NCBI GenBank assembly: GCA_023251155.1
Contig: JAHEZH010000001.1
Span: 56,694-120,693 of the forward strand
Reading direction: 5' to 3'
Source of the DNA: Flammeovirgaceae bacterium
GTDB taxonomy: Bacteria > Bacteroidota > Bacteroidia > Cytophagales > Cyclobacteriaceae
DNA length: 64,000 nt
Shown here: piece after piece, positions 46,616 through 55,335 of the stretch
How the letters are laid out: the number at the start of each line of letters is the position of its first letter
Position numbering within the stretch: position 1 is the first letter of the stretch
Position numbers and translations under genes: made by a program
The notes under the pieces: generated by a model
The model's database searches: none
The model's input: the letters and a program-made list of their open reading frames with translations, nothing else
Told to the model about the DNA's origin: nothing

Positions 46616-47497
46616 ATGTTTTTGAGATCCATTCTTCTTCACCTGCGTATCCCCTTCTCATTTCTGTTGATGCCGGTTTATGTGTTTGCGCTAAGCTTAT
46701 CTCCTAACCTGTTGATCAACCAGCTGATCTGGTCTTTTGGGATTATTCATCTGCTCGTCTATCCTGCTTCCAACGCCTTCAACAGCTATTTTGATAAAGA
46801 CGAAAAAAGCATCGGCATGCTTAAAAATCCTCCCCCTGTAAGCAAAGGACTGTATTACACGGCCACCGCACTAGACGCAGGTGCTATCGCATTGGGTTGC
46901 CTGAAAATCAATTTACTTTTCGGCAGCATGCTCGCTATCTACATTCTGGTATCACGGGCGTATAGCCATCCGTTGATCCGCTTAAAAAAATATCCCTACG
47001 TGAGCTGGATCATTGCCGGGTTCTTTCAGGGTTTCTTTACGTTCCTGATGAGCTATATCGGCATTAACAAGTTTGAAATGGAGCATCTCTGGCGAACGCC
47101 TCTACTCACAGCAGCCTTTCTCAGTAGTATTATTTTATGGGCCAGCTACCCGATGACACAGATTTATCAACATGATGAAGATGGAAAGCGGGGTGACACT
47201 ACGCTGAGTATGAAGCTGGGCATTCGCGGTACTTTTTACTTTGCCATGGTTTTCTTTTCGCTTGCCGCAGTGGGGTATGTTTTGTTTTTCACCGTGTTTT
47301 ATGAAACCCGATACGGTTATGCTTTCCTCATCGCCACTGCTCCTGTTGTTCTTTTCTTCCTTTACTGGTTTGGCCGGGTATGGAAAGACGAATCAAAAGC
47401 CAATTTTGGCAATACCATGTGGCTCAATATCATCTCAGCGATCTGTCTGAATGGATTTTTCTTCTGGTTGTTTCTACAACGAAGTCATCTTGGCTGA
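46616..47497 (+). CDS. UbiA-family membrane prenyltransferase
   Basis: 293 aa with about 8 TM helices and Asp-rich motifs NAFNSYFDKDE and YQHDEDGKRGD. Divergent from the PKS gene, with a 76-bp spacer. Confidence 0.85.
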   Translation: MFLRSILLHLRIPFSFLLMPVYVFALSLSPNLLINQLIWSFGIIHLLVYPASNAFNSYFDKDEKSIGMLKNPPPVSKGLYYTATALDAGAIALGCLKINLLFGSMLAIYILVSRAYSHPLIRLKKYPYVSWIIAGFFQGFFTFLMSYIGINKFEMEHLWRTPLLTAAFLSSIILWASYPMTQIYQHDEDGKRGDTTLSMKLGIRGTFYFAMVFFSLAAVGYVLFFTVFYETRYGYAFLIATAPVVLFFLYWFGRVWKDESKANFGNTMWLNIISAICLNGFFFWLFLQRSHLG

Positions 47498-47514
47498 CGT
47501 CCGCTCAGCAAGCG

Positions 47515-48165
47515 TTATTTCGCCAGCTCTTTGAAAGCAACCATGGATTGAATTTTACGCTTCACGTTGCCATGGAACTCAGTAATCGCTTTGGTATGAA
47601 AGCGGGGATAAATCACTTTATCTCGGAAAGCTGATTTCCCTTTATAAAACGTTTCGTGCGTGATCTTGGTGAATCCTTCCGGTGTAGATTCCAGTGTCAT
47701 ATTTTGCATTCCTTCTGAAGCTCCGTGTTTCAGATACGAAGTCTGAATGCGCTTTTCCGCTTCATTTACTTCTGTTACTTCGTGGCCCACGGCAAGGTTC
47801 ACCATATTCCACAATACACACAGGTTCAAGAATACAATCTGTCCTTTCTCTATTCCTTTGTACTCCTCATTCGGATAGTGAAGTTCTTTTTTATTTCGTG
47901 AATACTGCAATCCAAACTTCAGCATCGATCCGCTGAAAGTCTCTGATGGACCGGTATTTTTATAAGCTGCCCAGACTTTCTCTAGTGGTTCTTCTACAAG
48001 GAATGTTTTGATGTGACGATTGTAGCCGGAGAAATCAGGATTATGCGAGCAGGAATGATCCAGATTGGCAAAATCATCCAGGTGACTGACTCCGCTTTTC
48101 TGAAGAAAATTTCTGACTGTCTTATATTTTATCTTACTAAAATCCATGGCCGTTTTACGATGCAC
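47515..48165 (-). CDS. hypothetical protein within the PKS neighbourhood
   Basis: 216 aa (or 210 aa from the ATG at 48147), soluble. No family recognised; a SRPBCC/cyclase-like fold is only a guess. Confidence 0.5.
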   Translation of the reverse strand: MHRKTAMDFSKIKYKTVRNFLQKSGVSHLDDFANLDHSCSHNPDFSGYNRHIKTFLVEEPLEKVWAAYKNTGPSETFSGSMLKFGLQYSRNKKELHYPNEEYKGIEKGQIVFLNLCVLWNMVNLAVGHEVTEVNEAEKRIQTSYLKHGASEGMQNMTLESTPEGFTKITHETFYKGKSAFRDKVIYPRFHTKAITEFHGNVKRKIQSMVAFKELAK

Positions 48166-48198
48166 AAAGTTACGATGTTTTGCCTTTAAAGCGTAATG

Positions 48199-49308
48199 CT
48201 AAAAAGGCTTGCCATGGGTCTGATTGATTAAAAACTGCGCGATTGGTCTGGCATGCCTGGCGATATTTACAGCAAGATCAGAAGTCCACTCGCTTCCAAA
48301 AAGGTGTTGAATTTTTTTCCCTGCCCACAGGCGCTGCGCAAATGTGGCGTTCCATTTTTGAGCGTAGTTTTTTTCAAGCAAATCGCGCGTGAGTTCGTCT
48401 TTGCAAAAAGAAATAATGTGGTCGCTTACTAACTTGGCCGAATGGATGGCCATAGCCATCCCATTTCCACATAAAGGCGTAATCATTCCAGCTGAATCAC
48501 CGGCCATTAAGATATGATCCTCCACGGGCGATTTCTTTTCAAATGAAATCTCATTGATCACTTCCGGTTTATCAAAAAGAAACTCCGCGTGCTGAAATAT
48601 TTTTTTCAAGAAAGGATTTTCAAACAACACCCTCTCTTCCATTAACCGGATGGAGCCGAATCGTCTGAGGTGATCGCGATGCGTGAGATAGCAGAGATTG
48701 GTTTTTCCATTCTCAATGTTGCTTATACCGCAGTATCCATCTTGAAAATTATGAAGCGCAATGCAATCCTCAGGATGATCGTATCTAATATGATACTTGA
48801 CACCAACATAAGGTGATCGCTTCTGAATAAATGCACGCTTCATTTGCATATCCAGCTTTGATCGTTTGCCAAATGTTCCAATCACTACCTCTGCGGTGAA
48901 CGATTGAGAAGAAGTATGAACGGTAAATTGATTCCCAGCAAAGGAAACATCAAGTACTTCGGTATTCAGATGAAAAACTACTCCTGCTTCACGCGCTCTG
49001 ATATAAAGAAAATGATCGAATGTATAACGACTGATTCCCCAACCTCCCAGCTTCAGCGGCAGCTCGGCCCACTTGCCGTTGACGGAGGTCAATTGCAGAC
49101 GGTGAATGTGGGGTGGGTTAAATTCCTCAGGAAAAATTCCATTTGCTTTTAGAAAGGGGATGGTTTCGTTCGAAATAAATTCTCCACAAACCCGGTGGAA
49201 TGGATAATTTTTTCGCTCGAAAAGAAGAACATGAATTCCGGCTTTTGCCAGCTGAATGGCTGAAATCAGACCCGACAGGCCACCTCCTATAACAATTACG
49301 GTTTTCAA
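48199..49308 (-). CDS. FAD-dependent oxidoreductase (geranylgeranyl-reductase / aromatic-ring hydroxylase-like)
   Basis: MKTVIVIGGGLSGLISAIQLAKAG dinucleotide-binding motif and ...MAGDSAGMITPLCGNGM... (GD motif). Confidence 0.85.
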   Translation of the reverse strand: MKTVIVIGGGLSGLISAIQLAKAGIHVLLFERKNYPFHRVCGEFISNETIPFLKANGIFPEEFNPPHIHRLQLTSVNGKWAELPLKLGGWGISRYTFDHFLYIRAREAGVVFHLNTEVLDVSFAGNQFTVHTSSQSFTAEVVIGTFGKRSKLDMQMKRAFIQKRSPYVGVKYHIRYDHPEDCIALHNFQDGYCGISNIENGKTNLCYLTHRDHLRRFGSIRLMEERVLFENPFLKKIFQHAEFLFDKPEVINEISFEKKSPVEDHILMAGDSAGMITPLCGNGMAMAIHSAKLVSDHIISFCKDELTRDLLEKNYAQKWNATFAQRLWAGKKIQHLFGSEWTSDLAVNIARHARPIAQFLINQTHGKPF

Positions 49309-49462
49309 ATCAGTACGAATATACTTGTGGAGGAGCTGTGGACAATTTGTTGAAAACCAAAATGAATGAATTATTCGTTAATAGCAATGGTATGTAGGGT
49401 TACATTCCGTCATTTTTCCATTAAATTAATGAGCGTTGATTGTAACACTCATCGTTTGGCTT

Positions 49463-49942
49463 ATGCAATCTGAAACAAAAATCACCCCTTCTCCCATCAT
49501 TTCCGAGAAGGTAAACATCCTGGTAGTAGGTAATAATCCTATCGAACTGAGTCATGTTTTCGATAGCCTTCAAAAAATGAAAGACAAGGATATCATCACC
49601 GAAATCGCTTTTGATTTAAAATCTGTTTTCGAACGCCTTGTTCGCTTCAAGCCTCAATACATTCTTATTGACGACAACATTGGTAAGGCGGAGTTGAAGA
49701 ATGCCGTTAGGGCCTTGCTCAACGATCGCAAAACAAAAGACATTCCCATTACTGTTCTGAAAAATTCAAATTACCAGGAAGCAATAAGCACAGGGGTATT
49801 GAATTTTATATTGAAAGAAAACCTGAGTGGCGATGCGTTGTATAATGCATTGAAAAACTCGTTAAAGTTTCGCAAGACACAATTGTATTTATACAGCGCA
49901 TACAAGAGAAGAAAGGGGCAGTTACTTCGCCTGGTGAAATAA
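49463..49942 (+). CDS. stand-alone receiver-like (atypical REC) domain protein
   Basis: KVNILVVGNNPIE...YILIDDNIG...IPITVLKNS...FILKE has the receiver fold pattern, but the N-terminal acidic pair is GNN. I prefer the ATG at 49463 over 49436. Confidence 0.6.
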   Translation: MQSETKITPSPIISEKVNILVVGNNPIELSHVFDSLQKMKDKDIITEIAFDLKSVFERLVRFKPQYILIDDNIGKAELKNAVRALLNDRKTKDIPITVLKNSNYQEAISTGVLNFILKENLSGDALYNALKNSLKFRKTQLYLYSAYKRRKGQLLRLVK

Positions 49943-51175
49943 TCAGATCTGGTTTTCCAGGCGAAAGGTCTTCTTCATTCGCTGCCCCGCACGTTCTATA
50001 TCCAGCGTTATTTTCTTTCCCGGTTTGGAATTAAAAAATCCATTCACGGTATTGAGGTCGAGCTCGGCCGAACTTAATCCGTTTACTTTCAAAATAAGAT
50101 CGCCCACCTGAAGACCTGCTTTTTCAGCGGTAGAGTTCACTCTTACGTCACTTATCTCAAATCGGTGCAGGCTTGAGCCTTTTGCTTTAAGGGTAAGTCC
50201 ACTCAGGTTATAGTAGAAGTTCTTTCTATACGAGTGGTTTTTCTTCAAATGAATTTTCTCAGCCGGAAAATCAAAGATAACCGTGAAGCGGCTAAGTATT
50301 TCTCCACCAATAGAGCCGTGTCTGAAAATCATACGGCTTGCCTTCAGGGTATCCATGTAGCTATTCGGATCGGGGAAATTGCAGATGACTTCAGGTATCT
50401 TAAAGTCGCCCAGGTCTACCGCTCGTATCCTTCCTATTTGTCCGGAGATAATACCACCTAATCCACGACCGATTATACTTTTGATGTGCGGTTCGGGTAT
50501 TGCTATTCTTGAGTCTGAGCTGGGCTCCAGCACTAAACCATGGCTGGCTCCGCTATCCACTAATAATTTGGCATTCACCTTCGTGCTGTCATTGATTTCA
50601 ACAGTGGCCCGCAGGTAGGGTTTTGTGTCTTCGATGGTAATAGGCAATGATTTGAAGCGTACTCTTTTTCTGAAGTACTGAGGAGTGGTCAGAACCAGTT
50701 TTTTATTTTCATAATCAATCTGAACAATGAAGCGACTGAATAATTCATAGCCTAATATTCCATGTACATCGGTACCCAGAAAATTCCGTAGCTCGAGGTA
50801 GTCGGTTTCCAGTACTAATAACGCGTGACCTTCACCGTGCACGCCTGGCAGGTCGAGTGATACATTGTTGGTAACAAATGCATCCACTACTTTTTGTCCA
50901 CCCGGGCCAGCGATTGTGTACTTGCGCGAATAGGAAAGATTTAAAATATCACTGAATGTTTTCTCCGTAAGAATGGCGGTGCGCACACCTGTATCAAGAA
51001 TAAATTTGAGCGGAAGCTGGCCGTTTAATACGATAGGCACTACTACAAGATTGTTATGTATCTCGATCGGAATCTGAACACTCCTTTGCCCTTCAGCTAA
51101 GGAAAAGCCCAGAGTTTGTGCAAAAGAGAAAACCGGAAAAAGTAAAACTCCAAACAGGCTTGCAATTTTTAGCAT
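49943..51175 (-). CDS. secreted retropepsin-like aspartyl protease with C-terminal PDZ domain
   Basis: Signal peptide; two aspartic protease motifs (FILDTGV and LLVDSGASHG); C-terminal PDZ (...AEKAGLQVGDLILKVNG...). Confidence 0.75.
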   Translation of the reverse strand: MLKIASLFGVLLFPVFSFAQTLGFSLAEGQRSVQIPIEIHNNLVVVPIVLNGQLPLKFILDTGVRTAILTEKTFSDILNLSYSRKYTIAGPGGQKVVDAFVTNNVSLDLPGVHGEGHALLVLETDYLELRNFLGTDVHGILGYELFSRFIVQIDYENKKLVLTTPQYFRKRVRFKSLPITIEDTKPYLRATVEINDSTKVNAKLLVDSGASHGLVLEPSSDSRIAIPEPHIKSIIGRGLGGIISGQIGRIRAVDLGDFKIPEVICNFPDPNSYMDTLKASRMIFRHGSIGGEILSRFTVIFDFPAEKIHLKKNHSYRKNFYYNLSGLTLKAKGSSLHRFEISDVRVNSTAEKAGLQVGDLILKVNGLSSAELDLNTVNGFFNSKPGKKITLDIERAGQRMKKTFRLENQI

Positions 51176-51196
51176 ATCTACACTTGGCCTCTACTA

Positions 51197-51231
51197 AAAC
51201 TATGTATTTTTCAATAAAGAATACATAGTTT
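51197..51231. promoter_or_regulatory. perfect 12-bp inverted repeat just upstream of the protease gene
   Basis: aaactatgtatt (51197-51208), an 11-nt spacer, then aatacatagttt (51220-51231). It begins 22 nt upstream of the ATG at 51175. There is no flanking T-run, so it is not a typical terminator. Confidence 0.5.
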
Positions 51232-51674
51232 GAACGGCAAGTTGATGATACCGGTGCATTTTATTGTGAATTACCCCAATACTGGTGATAATTAGCCGGC
51301 AACCTGATTTTTCCTGATGAATTAAACAGAGTCAATTGCTCCTACGAAAGGAAAGAACCCAATTATAGCTGAACAGAAGCAAAGAAGAAACGGAAGTTCT
51401 TCGCAGAAGAGAGGAAGGAAACGGGAACGGAACCGTTGAAATTTAGTGTTTCAAATCGTGTTCGTTATCACTCACTTTATTGTTTGGGAATATCCATGGA
51501 GAAACAATAGCCAGGATGAACAAAGCGAGAATAGGTCCGATTACTAACATGGTCTTTGTGTTTTAAAGAGAGACAAAAATAAGGTGGCCGGTTCCATATT
51601 TCAATTTTCCGGAAGAAAAAGATTTGATCATACACCATTTTATTTCCTACTTTGGCCTCCTTTCCAGGTAAATT

Positions 51675-52229
51675 ATGAAAAAGGCTATCGTCTTCATTAG
51701 CATCATTGTAGTACTTGTTGCTGGCGCTTTTATCTACTTCAGGTTCTTTTATACCAAATCATTCAGTCCCGAAGCAACAGTAGAGTTCAAACAGGATGAT
51801 GTTACGATCAGTGTCTTTTACAACCGGCCCTATAAAAAAGGGCGCGAGATTTTTGGAGGCCTTGAGCCGTTCGGAAAGGTTTGGAGAACGGGAGCCAATG
51901 AAGCTACCGTGTTCGAAACCAATAAAGACCTGACCATACAAGGCAAAATTTTAAAGAAAGGAAAGTACACGCTGTGGACAATCCCTGGAGAGCAAACCTG
52001 GAAGATTCTATTCAATACCGAAACAGGTCAGTGGGGAATTGATTTCAATGGAGCGGCAAATCGTGACCCCAAAAATGATGTACTTGTTGCCGAGGTTCCC
52101 AGTTTAATCCAGGACAAAATCATCGAGCAATTCACCATTTCGGTAGAGAAAATGGAGGACGAAATTCAACTGATATTGCTTTGGGACAAAACGGTAGTTA
52201 CACTGCCAATGGCCGTCACTTCACGCTAA
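51675..52229 (+). CDS. DUF2911 domain protein
   Basis: 184 aa with an N-terminal TM/signal segment. ...VFYNRPYKKGREIFGGLEPFGKVWRTGANEATVFET... matches DUF2911. Confidence 0.75.
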   Translation: MKKAIVFISIIVVLVAGAFIYFRFFYTKSFSPEATVEFKQDDVTISVFYNRPYKKGREIFGGLEPFGKVWRTGANEATVFETNKDLTIQGKILKKGKYTLWTIPGEQTWKILFNTETGQWGIDFNGAANRDPKNDVLVAEVPSLIQDKIIEQFTISVEKMEDEIQLILLWDKTVVTLPMAVTSR

Positions 52230-53793
52230 GTTTCACTACTACTTTCCTGTTTTCCGGCAGTGCAGGCACTGCGTGATGTGTGAGCGTTATGTTTTTAGCT
52301 GGCACTCCCTGTGATGAGAGATAATTAGCGATTTCCAGTGCCTGGTGGGGGGTACGATCGTTGTGATATGTATTTTTAATCACCACGGAATCGCGCACCA
52401 ACATCTTCACGGAATCTGCGGAAGTCTTATCAATTGCTTTATACGATACCGGTATTTTCACTGTGTCTGTACTCTGTTCGGAAAGATCCGGGTTCGATCT
52501 TACGGAATCGCGCACATAACCAAAAAGCGAAACATCGATAGCAAACCGAAAAGATGGATTGGCTTTTATCATGCGCGCTACCCTTCGCAAATCCTGTGCG
52601 GATGAAGGATCCAGCTCAAAAGAATTAGGCCTGAACGACACGCCACCTAACTCAATTTCATCACCCGCTGCTACTGGCTTCAACGTAGCCGTTATACGAT
52701 CAATCTGCGGAAATTTATCATTTGTCAGGTTGTATTCTTTAGAGAAGAACGTATTGATGTCCTGCTCCGGCTCGATGGAAAGATCATAGATGCCGCCTTC
52801 TTTTAAAAACACCGTGAACTGACCATTGGCACCGGGGCGACTGTTGAACACGCGCGTCTGCTCTTTTTTATTGAACACCGAGATATACGAAGGAATGTTT
52901 ACTGTACCCTCAATCTTCATCATCACTTTAGGTCTTATTTCCGCCGGAAAAAGTACCTCCACGATTTCGCTCCTACGCGCACCGGGTGCTTCTTTCATCA
53001 GGTAGCGGCCCACGTTAGAGGCGGTTACAAACTGATCATCATTCGGTGTATTTACAAAATCAAGCGGCAATGGATTAGACCAAGAGGAACCGTTCCAGCG
53101 GGTCATATACAAATCCATTCCCCCCTTGTTTGCAGGAAATTTATTGGAAGAGAAAATCAGTGTTTCACCGTCACCAAGTATGCGTGGCGTCTGTGAATTA
53201 CCTGTGTTGATCAAAGCAGGCAGTTCCGTGGGCTCTTCCCATTGGCCATTCGGTTTTCTGCGGGCTGTGAAAAGTTTGCAGGCATCTGCCTTGTCAAAAG
53301 TCATTTTCTCACAGCGCATAAAATACATGGTGTTACCGTCAGCCGAAAAGGTAGGAGATCCATCATTCAGTTTGGAATTGATCGGCAAAGCCAGGTTAGT
53401 CAGTTCACTCCAGGTAGCACCCTTCAGTTCTGATTTATAGATATCAAACCCTCCGATACCACCTGTCTTCATATTGGTGAGATAAATGGTTTTGCCATCC
53501 GGGCTTAATGTATATCCTTTCAGAAAATTGAGATTGTTATTGATCGTTTTGGGTAACGTGATCGGTTCTTTCCAGTTTACGGCTCCTTCTTTTGTTGAGT
53601 AGTTGATGACCAGCTTCTCGTCTTCGGCATAATCGGAAAGAAACAAAAGCGTGTTGCCATCGAGACTGATAAACGGCACAGAAACATTCACACTTGGTTG
53701 ATTGATTACGGGAGATAGTTTGCGTAATGCGGCCTGCGCCATTAATGACAGGGGTGCAACGGCTACCCAAATAATGCAAAGTACTTTTTTCAT
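52216..53793 (-). CDS. periplasmic PD40/TolB-like beta-propeller repeat protein with C-terminal OmpA-like region
   Basis: 525 aa with a signal peptide. Repeated ...SPDGKTIYL / FSADGNTMYF / LGDGETLIFSS... PD40 motifs. The C-terminal ...FRPNSFELDPSSAQDLRRVARMIKANP... is OmpA-like. Confidence 0.7.
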   Translation of the reverse strand: MKKVLCIIWVAVAPLSLMAQAALRKLSPVINQPSVNVSVPFISLDGNTLLFLSDYAEDEKLVINYSTKEGAVNWKEPITLPKTINNNLNFLKGYTLSPDGKTIYLTNMKTGGIGGFDIYKSELKGATWSELTNLALPINSKLNDGSPTFSADGNTMYFMRCEKMTFDKADACKLFTARRKPNGQWEEPTELPALINTGNSQTPRILGDGETLIFSSNKFPANKGGMDLYMTRWNGSSWSNPLPLDFVNTPNDDQFVTASNVGRYLMKEAPGARRSEIVEVLFPAEIRPKVMMKIEGTVNIPSYISVFNKKEQTRVFNSRPGANGQFTVFLKEGGIYDLSIEPEQDINTFFSKEYNLTNDKFPQIDRITATLKPVAAGDEIELGGVSFRPNSFELDPSSAQDLRRVARMIKANPSFRFAIDVSLFGYVRDSVRSNPDLSEQSTDTVKIPVSYKAIDKTSADSVKMLVRDSVVIKNTYHNDRTPHQALEIANYLSSQGVPAKNITLTHHAVPALPENRKVVVKLSVK

Positions 53794-53929
53794 GCCGGGT
53801 CAAAAGTTTGATCTTAAAGTTGGCAAATTAATCCGAATCAACCGTAGCAAAATAATAGCCAGACAGCGCTTATCTTTCTGTATTTGATCGTATTTTTAAA
53901 TCGATAAGAAAATTGAGTTATTTAACGAC

Positions 53930-54667
53930 ATGATCCAGGTTATTCCATCCATCGCCATCCGTAAGGGAAAAGTAGTGAAGATGCGCAAAGGCGATCCTAC
54001 CAGTGAGAAAGAGTACGATGAAAATCCGTTGGATTTGGCCAAGCGTTTTGAAGATCATGGTATTGAAGTGGTGCATTTGGTGGATCTGGACGGGGCCGAA
54101 CAAGGAAGTCCTAAAAATTACCACGTACTCGAAGCCATTGCCGGCTATACTGATCTGAAAGTAGATTTCACCGGAGGCATTTGTACTGATGGAGACATAG
54201 GCAAAGCATACGAATACGGAGCGGATTACATTACGGCATCAAGTATCGCTGTCACTAACCCGGAGCTGTTTGCTTCGTGGATTGTTTCGTACGGCCGCGA
54301 GAAGATGACGCTGGGTGCCGATGTCACGGATATCGAAAGTAAGAAAATCGCTTTTCGCGGATGGCAGAAAAAATCGGAACTCACACTCTTCGAACATTTG
54401 CAATTCTTTTATGATCGCGGATTGAAGTATGTCAAGTCAACCGATATTTCCAGGGATGGGGTACTCGAAGGACCTGCCTTTTCTTTTTATGAAGAAATTG
54501 TAAAGCGCTTTCCTGATATTAAAGTACTGGCCAGTGGGGGCGTACGGGGTGCCGATGACATACAACGACTGAATGATATCGGTGTTTTCGCTGTGATCTT
54601 TGGCAAAGCCTACTATGAAGGTATTCTCAAGCTGAAAGATCTTGAGCGATTTCTGGTGAAGTCGTAG
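53930..54667 (+). CDS. HisA-family (beta/alpha)8 barrel protein, divergent orphan paralog
   Basis: MIQVIPSIAIRKGKVVKMRKGD...VVHLVDLDGA...FRGWQ...DISRDGVLEGP...ASGGV... is collinear with ProFAR isomerase HisA, but the IPAID motif reads IPSIA. Confidence 0.8.
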   Translation: MIQVIPSIAIRKGKVVKMRKGDPTSEKEYDENPLDLAKRFEDHGIEVVHLVDLDGAEQGSPKNYHVLEAIAGYTDLKVDFTGGICTDGDIGKAYEYGADYITASSIAVTNPELFASWIVSYGREKMTLGADVTDIESKKIAFRGWQKKSELTLFEHLQFFYDRGLKYVKSTDISRDGVLEGPAFSFYEEIVKRFPDIKVLASGGVRGADDIQRLNDIGVFAVIFGKAYYEGILKLKDLERFLVKS

Positions 54668-54701
54668 ATTACTCTGGACTGGATCAGACCGTAAATAAAC
54701 T

Positions 54702-55220
54702 TTACTCCACCTCCACCACAATCTCAATTTCCACGGCCATGTTCATCGGTAGCGAATTCATACCGACTGCCGAGCGTGCATGTTTTCCTTTTTCACCAAA
54801 CACACTTACCATAAAATCAGAGAAGCCGTTGATCACTTTGGGGTGGTCCGTAAAATCGCTGTGGCAGTTCACCATTCCAAGTACTTTCACAATGCGTTTT
54901 ACTTTGTTCAAATCGCCCAGTTCATTCTTCAGCGTTGACAGAATAACAATGCCGGTTGTTTTTGCTGCGTCATAACCTTGCTCAATGGTTAAGTCCCTCC
55001 CTGCTTTACCTGTAATGTAAGTGCCGTCTGCTTTTGCCGGTCCAGTGCCTGAAAGAAAAAGCAAATTGCCCACGCGCACAGCCTTCACATAGTTAGCAAT
55101 GGGTTTGCTGGCTGGCGGTAATTCAATGTTTAACTCTTTCAGCTTTTTATCAAAGTCTATTTTTTGTGCGAACGTTAATGAGGAGAGAAGCAGCAAGGCA
55201 GCAAGAACAGTCTTTTTCAT
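54702..55220 (-). CDS. RidA/YjgF/TdcF-family protein with signal peptide
   Basis: MKKTVLAALLLLSSLTFAQ, then a RidA-like core (...LLFLSGTGP..., ...ARSAVGMNSLPMNMAVEIE...). Confidence 0.8.
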   Translation of the reverse strand: MKKTVLAALLLLSSLTFAQKIDFDKKLKELNIELPPASKPIANYVKAVRVGNLLFLSGTGPAKADGTYITGKAGRDLTIEQGYDAAKTTGIVILSTLKNELGDLNKVKRIVKVLGMVNCHSDFTDHPKVINGFSDFMVSVFGEKGKHARSAVGMNSLPMNMAVEIEIVVEVE

Positions 55221-55335
55221 AAAAAGTGAATTTTGTTAAATTTAAAAAATCCTTTTTCACTGGCAATCCCTTTTTTTCTGCTGACATACCGTTGACATGG
55301 ATTATTCCTTTCTTTGAATAAATGAATCGTTGAAT

